Positions 17,329 through 24,245 of a stretch of DNA of 26,256 bases are shown in pieces; the stretch's first letter is position 1, and every line of letters begins with the position of its first letter. Location: positions 1 through 26,256 of IMG/VR virus record IMGVR_UViG_3300026453_000310; one strand, 5' to 3'. Under the pieces are notes generated by a model. The model saw only the letters and a program-made list of their open reading frames with translations, searched no databases and had not been told where the DNA came from. A program made the translations under genes and the position numbers. This DNA comes from a virus (Duplodnaviria > Caudoviricetes).

Positions 17329-18036
17329 ATGATAGGTATCTTTGGTGATAGTTATGCATACGAACACGATACATCTATTGCACATGGGTGGCCTACACAT
17401 TTATCTAAAATATATAATGAAGAATTTGAAAACCATAGTCTCTATGGATCCTCTTTGGCTTATTCGCATAAGCAGTTTAAAAAACAAGATGTAAAAAAAT
17501 ATTCAAAAATTGTTTTCGTATGCACAGAGCCTGGCAGACAGATGCTAGTAGATGATGAAGATAATTATCAATTACATTTTAGTGGTACGGCTGAAAGGTC
17601 TATAAACTTAAATAAACAAGACCAATATCAAAAATTTAAACAAAAAGATAGAAACACAAATGTAAAAATATTATACGAAATGGAAAATGTTCTTGCAACA
17701 TATCCTAATACATGGGATTTTGTAAAAGATTTATTAATAGACCATGTTAATAATTCTCATTCAAATGTATTAATATTATCAATACGTGATTTGTTTTTAT
17801 TAACTCAGTTAGACATACATCATGGCTGGAAGCCATACCCACCTAGAAATAATTGTGTAGAGAGTTTAGAATTAGGAAGGGAATGCCATATTAGCCAAAA
17901 ACAAAATATCGAGTTAGCAGGATATATTAAAAGATATTTTGAAGATGGATTTGACATACACAGTACTTTTAAAAACGTAGAAAAATATTATACAAAAGCT
18001 AAAACATTTGAAGAAGCAGGATTTAGAAACATATGA
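17329..18036 (+). CDS. SGNH/GDSL-like hydrolase-fold protein
   Basis: IGIFGDSY block I, NHSLYGSS block II, C-terminal ECHIS His. Confidence 0.6.
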   Translation: MIGIFGDSYAYEHDTSIAHGWPTHLSKIYNEEFENHSLYGSSLAYSHKQFKKQDVKKYSKIVFVCTEPGRQMLVDDEDNYQLHFSGTAERSINLNKQDQYQKFKQKDRNTNVKILYEMENVLATYPNTWDFVKDLLIDHVNNSHSNVLILSIRDLFLLTQLDIHHGWKPYPPRNNCVESLELGRECHISQKQNIELAGYIKRYFEDGFDIHSTFKNVEKYYTKAKTFEEAGFRNI

Positions 18037-18677
18037 ACAGAGTTTGGTTATTTGGAGAAACATCTGATTTTTCTAAGACGTTGTTACAAGCAGTACGAAT
18101 GGAAACACAGGATGTACAAACATTTGGAAGGAGAAATATCTCTTATAATACGCATCCTAAAGAACAAATATCCATACAATACCCACCTGATAAAATTATT
18201 GTAAACCTTCAGGTTAGTGCAGATAAGACTTCTGATAATTATGATCCTATTGAAAGATGGAAAGATGCTATTTGTGTTATAGAGTTTATTGCAAGTCTCT
18301 TTGAAATGCTTGAAAAAGAAGGCAAAGAAGTCACAATTATATATATTACAAGTTCAGTGACTATATCAGAAACTATGCATGAAAAAGAGTTTTACAAGTG
18401 GAGAGATTATATTGCTGTTAGACATATACAACAAGCTATTTGGTCTGCATATGATAGAAGGCATCTTAAGGTATTGGCCATTAGTCCATCCAGATTAGAG
18501 AATCACAATAAACAAGAATATGCTGAAAGAATAGTAAAGATACTTTACAATCCTCCTGAAAGAAGAAAATGTATATTAGATTTGAGTGGTGCAGGTGAAT
18601 GGCGTCCACTTTATGTAATAGATAACATACATTACAGTACTCATATTGCAGATGTTCGGTTCGGAATTGATAAATAG
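18033..18677 (+). CDS. Degenerate SDR/Rossmann-like protein
   Basis: VWLFGETSDFSK, IIYITSSV, YIAVR (Yxxx[K/R]) and VLAISPS follow the SDR motif order but are divergent. Confidence 0.45.
   Translation: MNRVWLFGETSDFSKTLLQAVRMETQDVQTFGRRNISYNTHPKEQISIQYPPDKIIVNLQVSADKTSDNYDPIERWKDAICVIEFIASLFEMLEKEGKEVTIIYITSSVTISETMHEKEFYKWRDYIAVRHIQQAIWSAYDRRHLKVLAISPSRLENHNKQEYAERIVKILYNPPERRKCILDLSGAGEWRPLYVIDNIHYSTHIADVRFGIDK
18669..18676 (+). promoter_or_regulatory. Late promoter box (near-leaderless)
   Basis: GATAAATA, then 5 nt, then ATG 18682. Confidence 0.6.
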
Positions 18678-18681
18678 ATAT

Positions 18682-19362
18682 ATGCGTATTGAAGAAATTA
18701 TAAAATCAGTAGAAGAAGGCGTCAACGACCCTCATATATTTAAAGCCGTTTTTATGGCAGGCGGACCTGGTTCCGGAAAGTCTTTTGTGGCTAAAAAAAT
18801 GTTGAGAGGAACAGGGTTAAAGATGGTAAACTCAGATGAAGTTTTTGAACTTATCATGAATAAAGATAATTTACCTTTAGACCCTGATAGTATTGCAAGT
18901 CCAGACGGGCAAGCAAGACGAGATAATGCAAAAGTTTTAACAAAGAAACGTGAAAGTATCTATATAGAAGGAAGATTAGGACTAGTAATTGACGGTACTG
19001 GTAAAGATGTAATGAAGATAGGCAAAACACAAGAACGTCTTCAACAGATGGGTTATGAAACAATGATGCTATTTGTAAACACAAGTTTAGAAGTAGCACA
19101 ACAAAGAAACACAAAAAGAGACAGAAGTATTCCTTCAGATATGGTAACGAACATGTGGAAACAAGTTCAAGATAATATTATGAAATTTCAGCAAATGTTT
19201 GGTGCTCCAAACTTCTTTGTAGTTGATAACTCAGGCGGATTAGAAGATCCTGCAAGAAAAGAAAACTTTGATAAAGTTGAAAAAGCGATTGATAAGTTTT
19301 TAATCTCCCCACCAAGCAAACGTCAAGCAAAATCTTGGATCGCTTCCAATAAAAAAGGTTGA
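18682..19362 (+). CDS. P-loop kinase (AAA_33/zeta-toxin/Pnk-like)
   Basis: AVFMAGGPGSGKS, VNSD, LVIDGTG and lid RNTKRDR. Start moved to MRIEEII (18682), which lies after the late box and removes the overlap. Confidence 0.82.
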   Translation: MRIEEIIKSVEEGVNDPHIFKAVFMAGGPGSGKSFVAKKMLRGTGLKMVNSDEVFELIMNKDNLPLDPDSIASPDGQARRDNAKVLTKKRESIYIEGRLGLVIDGTGKDVMKIGKTQERLQQMGYETMMLFVNTSLEVAQQRNTKRDRSIPSDMVTNMWKQVQDNIMKFQQMFGAPNFFVVDNSGGLEDPARKENFDKVEKAIDKFLISPPSKRQAKSWIASNKKG

Positions 19363-19387
19363 CTTTCACTAACGAATATTGTATCAT
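19359..19387 (+). promoter_or_regulatory. sigma70-type promoter
   Basis: TTGACT (19359-19364), 17 bp, TATCAT (19382-19387); AGGTG SD before GTG 19411. Confidence 0.7.
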
Positions 19388-19410
19388 AGTACAAATACAT
19401 AGGTGAAAAA

Positions 19411-20292
19411 GTGACATTACAAAAACAATTCGAACAATTTAGAAAACCATTTGATTTAGAAAAAATCAAAGAAACCCACGTACATTATTGTACACCATGT
19501 TATGGTGGTCAGATTACAGAACCATTCTTTCGTTCTTGGTCTAAAGCACATATGACTTTTACAAAGTATGATATTCCTTATTCAGTAACAACATCAGCAA
19601 ATGAATCTCTTGTTTCAAGAGCAAGATGTCATATGGTTGCTTATATGATGGCTAATCCAAAAGCGACACATCTAATGTTTATTGATGCTGATATCAACTT
19701 TGATTGTAAAGATATTTTACATATGATACAACATGATAAAGATATTATCGTAGGAGCATATCCAAAGAAGGATTTAGATTGGCGTGAACTTGAAAGAAAA
19801 ATCAAGCAAGGAAAAAATAGGACAGTTGATGAACTAAAAGCACTTGGCTCAAAATATGCATTAAACTTTGACTGGTACATCAATGAAGAAACTGGCGGTA
19901 GAGAAATTCAAAATAAAGATGGGTTGATTAAACTTAAAGATGCCGCAACAGGATTTATGCTTATTAAAAGAGAAGCAATCTTAAAAATGATTGATGCATA
20001 TCCTGAGTTATATTTTAATAATGATTTAGACTTACCAGAAGAAGAAGCCAAGTGGACGTATCTTTTGTTTGATGTAATGCATGAAAAAGAAACAAAAAGA
20101 TATCTTTCAGAAGATTATGCATTTTGTCGTAGATGGCAAAAACTAGGCGGTGAAGTTTGGTTAGATCCGCTAGTTGAATTGGATCATGTTGGGCATTTCA
20201 CATTTAATGGTGACATTAAGAAGTTGTTTCTTACAACAAATGATCCTAATGCACCATCAAACAATGAACTTGAAAATTTTGATATAGACTAG
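19411..20292 (+). CDS. GT-A fold glycosyltransferase-like protein
   Basis: TPCYGG, ESLVSRAR, LMFIDADI (DxD), ATGFMLI, LSEDYAFCRRW, LDHVG. Confidence 0.8.
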   Translation: MTLQKQFEQFRKPFDLEKIKETHVHYCTPCYGGQITEPFFRSWSKAHMTFTKYDIPYSVTTSANESLVSRARCHMVAYMMANPKATHLMFIDADINFDCKDILHMIQHDKDIIVGAYPKKDLDWRELERKIKQGKNRTVDELKALGSKYALNFDWYINEETGGREIQNKDGLIKLKDAATGFMLIKREAILKMIDAYPELYFNNDLDLPEEEAKWTYLLFDVMHEKETKRYLSEDYAFCRRWQKLGGEVWLDPLVELDHVGHFTFNGDIKKLFLTTNDPNAPSNNELENFDID

Positions 20293-20336
20293 TTTCCGTT
20301 AATAAAATCTAGTTCTTCATCTGTGTAAGGCCACAT
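20289..20336 (-). CDS. Putative 15-aa micropeptide MWPYTDEELDFINGN
   Basis: GAGGA SD 8 nt upstream. Its TAG overlaps the TAG of the convergent gene in CTAG 20289-20292. Not in the ORF track. Confidence 0.5.
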   Translation of the reverse strand: MWPYTDEELDFINGN

Positions 20337-20442
20337 AGTTTATTTCCTCTTTTCGTTTACCCTTTTTATCGAGGATGCCTCTAGCGACATCATCTGAAAT
20401 TAGAATAGTACTCGCTATCAAAACAGCGAAAACTCTAATGAA

Positions 20443-20568
20443 CTAGGCTCTCTCCTGGTCACCACACATCAAGCGTTTTGCTTGTTGATGATAACCCTGT
20501 CTTGCTAGTTCACTTGCCGCTCTCATACGACCAATATGTTCAAACCATACTACTAATCTATTAAACAT
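20443..20568 (-). CDS. 41-aa small protein MFNRLVVWFEHIGRMRAASELARQGYHQQAKRLMCGDQERA
   Basis: Manual translation; TAATG overlap with the upstream ORF; amphipathic helical character. Not in the ORF track. Confidence 0.7.
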   Translation of the reverse strand: MFNRLVVWFEHIGRMRAASELARQGYHQQAKRLMCGDQERA

Positions 20569-20720
20569 TACACCCACCCTTTTAAATTCTTGTTCATTAA
20601 AACTCGTTGTCTACGTTCTAAGTCTTGCAAATCATGTGATTTTGCAAGGTAATCATACTCTTGTTGTGCCTGTGTTCTAGGTCTTATTGCATTCCATACT
20701 TTCTTTATCAACTTAATCAT
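20568..20720 (-). CDS. DUF3563-like 50-aa small protein
   Basis: MIKLIKKVWNAIRPRTQAQQEYDYLAKSHDLQDLERRQRVLMNKNLKGWV. YL...DL.DLERR matches the DUF3563 AYL/DLE motifs; TAATG overlaps at both ends. Not in the ORF track. Confidence 0.75.
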   Translation of the reverse strand: MIKLIKKVWNAIRPRTQAQQEYDYLAKSHDLQDLERRQRVLMNKNLKGWV

Positions 20721-20920
20721 TAATTTTTACCTTTCGTTGGAAACATCTTTCCATTGATATATGTAGTCTTTGGTCCAACACCTGTTTGGATCATTGTTTG
20801 ATAGGCATATTCCCAATCGTTCTTGTACTCTGTTTTGGCCCATGTCTCAAATTCTTTTTCCCTGCGCCCAGGATTGGTCGCAAAGACATTGATAAGGCCG
20901 CTGAAAAAATTCAACGTCAT
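20720..20920 (-). CDS. 66-aa small hypothetical protein (WAKTEY..DW.YAY)
   Basis: GGAG SD 8 nt upstream; first gene of the minus-strand operon. Confidence 0.75.
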   Translation of the reverse strand: MTLNFFSGLINVFATNPGRREKEFETWAKTEYKNDWEYAYQTMIQTGVGPKTTYINGKMFPTKGKN

Positions 20921-20953
20921 TTTACGTTCTCCGTATTAAATAAATTTTTGTTA

Positions 20954-21038
20954 TGCTTGAGGACAGCAATACCCTGAGTCTTTTCTCAGTGTCACAGGTC
21001 TTTCCCAGTCGCCAATACAAAAAAGGACTTTTTGTATC
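20954..21038 (-). ncRNA. Candidate structured cis-regulatory 5' leader RNA
   Basis: Four consecutive potential hairpins: 21014-21038, 20994-21009, 20974-20989 and 20954-20968. Confidence 0.45.
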
Positions 21039-21043
21039 ACTTT

Positions 21044-21057
21044 TATTTATATAAATA
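21044..21057. promoter_or_regulatory. Palindromic, potentially bidirectional late promoter
   Basis: TATTTATATAAATA is a perfect palindrome giving TATAAATA on both strands; the minus copy lies 5 nt from the leader's first hairpin. Confidence 0.55.
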
Positions 21058-21164
21058 TAACAGAAAAAACCAAAGAAATACAGTGTTTTTACGACATTCC
21101 CGATATGTCCAAATTGCAAGGCTACTTGCATAGCTCCATATCATTACTGCATAGTAAAAAGCTA

Positions 21165-21193
21165 TTGCTTTTCGGTATCAAATATGTTATTAT
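21165..21193 (+). promoter_or_regulatory. sigma70-type promoter for the yggX operon
   Basis: TTGCTT (21165-21170), 17 bp, TGn-TATTAT (21188-21193); AAGGAG SD before ATG 21223. Confidence 0.65.
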
Positions 21194-21222
21194 AGACATA
21201 TCAAATACATCAAGGAGATAAT

Positions 21223-21507
21223 ATGTCAACTGTACTATGTGCAAAATTAAATAAAGAGTTACCGGCATTGGATAAGGCACCATTTCCGGGTCCTGCAGGA
21301 CAAGAGATTTTAGAAAAAGTATCTGCACAGGCATGGAATGATTGGATGAACTTTCAAACTATTTTGATAAATGAGAATAGATTAAATCTTATGGACCAAA
21401 ACGCTAGAGAATTTTTAGCAGATGCACGAAATAAATATTTCTTTGAACCCGGAGAACTGGATCTACCAGAACAATTTGTAGATCCTAGTATACCAAAGTT
21501 AGGATAG
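21223..21507 (+). CDS. yggX: Fe(II)-trafficking / oxidative damage protection protein YggX
   Basis: VLCAKL (conserved Cys), PFPGPAGQEILEKVSAQAW..W...QTILINENRLNLMD..AREFL. Confidence 0.92.
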   Translation: MSTVLCAKLNKELPALDKAPFPGPAGQEILEKVSAQAWNDWMNFQTILINENRLNLMDQNAREFLADARNKYFFEPGELDLPEQFVDPSIPKLG

Positions 21508-21510
21508 TCA

Positions 21511-22116
21511 ATGTTGAAAATAAAAAGCGTGAGTGAATATTATCCAGTCTGGGAGTTGTCAGGGTTTGAAACTTCCAAATTGAATATAACTTTTCCTGAA
21601 AAACGGGAAAAAGAATCATTGCTTCCAATTAATAAAAAAAGAATTCCAGTACCGTTACCAAAAGAGGAAACTGATTTTTCTAAAAAATGGCAAAATTCAA
21701 CTTCAAAGATAACAGAATATTTGCGTAGTGATAAATGTTTTAAAGATTGTCCAGAAGTTAGAGGAATGTGGCCTAATGGATTCCATAGATTAACATGGGA
21801 CGAACCATATAAGTGTGTTAGTATTATAAAAGATTCAGCAGGGTTTTTTATGCATCCTCATATTGATAACAGAGAAGTTATTGGTGTTTTAATTGTAAAT
21901 CTACATGATAACCCAAAGGGAACTGGAACAAAGTTTTTGAATAATCCATATGAAGAAAGAGAAGAAGTAGTATGGTATGAAGGTCCAACTAAAAAAGACA
22001 CTGGTGTGTTCTTTTTAAACAACTGGAATACATGGCACAAAATTGAAAATGATACAGGTAATACAAGATATATTGCATATGAAACATTACATGTAAGTCA
22101 AATGTTGAGAAAATAA
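21511..22116 (+). CDS. 2OG-Fe(II) oxygenase-like protein
   Basis: HxD (PHID), GTKF, distal His (TWH) and Arg (TRY) in double-stranded beta-helix order. Confidence 0.72.
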   Translation: MLKIKSVSEYYPVWELSGFETSKLNITFPEKREKESLLPINKKRIPVPLPKEETDFSKKWQNSTSKITEYLRSDKCFKDCPEVRGMWPNGFHRLTWDEPYKCVSIIKDSAGFFMHPHIDNREVIGVLIVNLHDNPKGTGTKFLNNPYEEREEVVWYEGPTKKDTGVFFLNNWNTWHKIENDTGNTRYIAYETLHVSQMLRK

Positions 22117-22514
22117 TGGAGTTACACACTAAAATACATATTGAAGGTCATAGTTTAAATGCAAATGGTACTTTAAAAGGTGCTAGTGTATTTGACTATG
22201 CAGATGTTAGTGCATTCTCTATTATTAATGATAGGTTTACACGATTTCATGAAAGCATAGGGGTAGTGACAAGTAGTGCGGAATGTAAATTTATATCTCC
22301 TATATTTGGGTATGGATTTATTGAGTGCTATGCAGAAATCACTGATTGTACTCCTGCAAGAATAACAGTAAAAACTTTGATTAAATACAGAGAAAGAAAA
22401 GGGTTAGAATGGGAAGATGCATTTGAAGGCACTTTCTATTTTACATGTATTGACAAACAGACAAGAAAAGTGTATAAACTATCGAAAGAGGAAATGGATG
22501 AAATTAAAAAGTAA
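22116..22514 (+). CDS. Hotdog-fold acyl-CoA thioesterase (YciA-like)
   Basis: LNANGTLKGASVFDYAD, VVTSS...FISPI and GTFYFTCID. Confidence 0.75.
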   Translation: MELHTKIHIEGHSLNANGTLKGASVFDYADVSAFSIINDRFTRFHESIGVVTSSAECKFISPIFGYGFIECYAEITDCTPARITVKTLIKYRERKGLEWEDAFEGTFYFTCIDKQTRKVYKLSKEEMDEIKK

Positions 22515-23418
22515 GGTTCTAGTTACTGGCGGAGCAGGATATATCGGCACAGAGTTAGTATCGCAATTATTGAATTCGGGATATCAAGTTACTGTATTAG
22601 ACAAGAAAGAAAATCCATTTGATGAAAAAGTAAAATATATACAAGGTGAATTACAAAATCCTGCTCGTTGTGTTATGGCGTGTGCAGGTCAAGAATTTGT
22701 TATTCATCTTGCGGCAAAACCTCGTATACCAGAAAGTTTCATAAACCCAGATGAATATTTTGATAACAATGTCACAGGGACAAGGAACATATTAACAGCC
22801 GCAAGTGCAGTTGGTATTAGAAAGTTTGTATTTGCAAGTAGTAGTTCTATATATGGAAACAGCCCAACTCCTCATAAACCTTATAACAAACCTGATCCAC
22901 TAAATTATTATGCAATGACTAAATTGTTTGGTGAGCATCTTTGTAGACAATATAAAAATATGTTTAGTCTAAATTATAATATATTACGTTTCTTTACAGT
23001 TTATTCAGAAAATCAGCCTAACTCAAATACTGGAGGATTGATGATTGGTAAATTTGCCAGATTGGCTAAAGAAGGTAAACCATTAACAGTACATGGTGAC
23101 GGAGAGTATAAAAGAGATTATATACATGTAACAGATGTAGCAAAGGCTTGTATAGCATCAATAGAGTCACGTGTAAAGAATGAAATATTCAATGTTGGTA
23201 CAGGTACTAATATATCTGTCAATGATGTTGTAAAAATTATTAAAGAATTTAAACCAGATGTACAAGTAACAAATGAAGGAAATCCTAGAGGATATGCTAA
23301 AGATACACTAGCGGACATAAGTAAAGCAAAGAAACTATTAGGTTGGACACCAGAAATTAATCAAGCAGAAGGAATAAGACAAACATACAAGGAGATATTT
23401 AATGAACAAACAGATTGA
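22498..23418 (+). CDS. NAD-dependent nucleotide-sugar epimerase/dehydratase (extended SDR)
   Basis: VLVTGGAGYIG, HLAA, FASSSSIYG, YAMTK, RDYIHV. Start 22498 has a GAGGA SD. Confidence 0.92.
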   Translation: MKLKSKVLVTGGAGYIGTELVSQLLNSGYQVTVLDKKENPFDEKVKYIQGELQNPARCVMACAGQEFVIHLAAKPRIPESFINPDEYFDNNVTGTRNILTAASAVGIRKFVFASSSSIYGNSPTPHKPYNKPDPLNYYAMTKLFGEHLCRQYKNMFSLNYNILRFFTVYSENQPNSNTGGLMIGKFARLAKEGKPLTVHGDGEYKRDYIHVTDVAKACIASIESRVKNEIFNVGTGTNISVNDVVKIIKEFKPDVQVTNEGNPRGYAKDTLADISKAKKLLGWTPEINQAEGIRQTYKEIFNEQTD

Positions 23419-23722
23419 GCCTATCAGAGAAAAGTTAGATGAAAAGATTAAACAACTTAACTCTAGTAGAGTATTCAAAAAAGTTACACCTAAATATGAT
23501 TTATCATGGTATGTAAAATGGGTTGCTTCTGTATTGATATTAATAGCAACTTGCGCCAGAGCAACTGGAACTATACCACAAGTTGATTTATGGTTTGGCT
23601 TATTCGGGACATTAGGTTGGTTCTGGGTGGGAATGTTATGGCACGATAGAGCATTAATAATGTTAAATGGAGTACTTGTAACTTTAATTTTTATGGGACT
23701 TTTAAAGTTTTACTTTGTGTAG
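23402..23722 (+). CDS. DUF6552-like small membrane protein
   Basis: KWVASVLILIA...GTLGWFWVGMLWHDRALIMLN; three hydrophobic segments; AAGGAG SD. Confidence 0.6.
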   Translation: MNKQIEPIREKLDEKIKQLNSSRVFKKVTPKYDLSWYVKWVASVLILIATCARATGTIPQVDLWFGLFGTLGWFWVGMLWHDRALIMLNGVLVTLIFMGLLKFYFV

Positions 23723-23732
23723 GAAGGATGAA

Positions 23733-24245
23733 ATGAAATACGAACTTATAGCAGAAGATGATCCAAAATTAAAAGAAGTGTGTAACCCACATACTATAAC
23801 TGATAAGACACAAGAATTAGTTTATGATATGATAGTTACTATGCAAGAATACGACGGTATCGGTTTGGCGGCACCACAAGTTGGTGTAATGGAAAGAATA
23901 TTTGTAATAGGCCACAGAGATACTGGATTTGTTGTCTGTATAAATCCAAGTTGGGAAGCAACTGAGGACGCAGAAGAAGAAAGTTTCAAAGAAGGATGTT
24001 TGAGTTTTCCATTGCTTGAAATGGATGTTAGAAGATATAATAAAGTACATTGCACATTTACAAATCTCAAAGGTGAAACTCAAACTAGATTATTCACAGG
24101 TGTTTGGGCTCAAGCAATCCAACATGAAAGTGACCATTTAGAAGGTATCACATTTGACGAAAGAGTATCAGAAAGTAGATTGAGTAGAGCAAAAGCATTA
24201 CGTAGAGAAAAAGTAAAAAGAATAAAAAATAGAGACAAAGGATAA
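23733..24245 (+). CDS. def: Peptide deformylase
   Basis: GIGLAAPQVG, EGCLS, QHESDHLEG. ATG 23733 follows an AAGGA SD. Confidence 0.96.
   Translation: MKYELIAEDDPKLKEVCNPHTITDKTQELVYDMIVTMQEYDGIGLAAPQVGVMERIFVIGHRDTGFVVCINPSWEATEDAEEESFKEGCLSFPLLEMDVRRYNKVHCTFTNLKGETQTRLFTGVWAQAIQHESDHLEGITFDERVSESRLSRAKALRREKVKRIKNRDKG

Noticed and set aside
18682-19362. Epsilon-zeta toxin-antitoxin pair
   Set aside because: No small upstream antitoxin-like gene; the gene has its own late promoter.
20974-21012. Canonical glycine or cobalamin riboswitch
   Set aside because: Only scattered words match; the region is too short and lacks the glycine P2/CCGAAG core and the full B12 box. Kept only as a novel-motif candidate.
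20922-21131. 69-aa minus-strand ORF ending next to the micro-protein operon start
   Set aside because: It runs across the promoter and leader hairpins, its GGAG is only 2 nt from the ATG, and the sequence is not protein-like.
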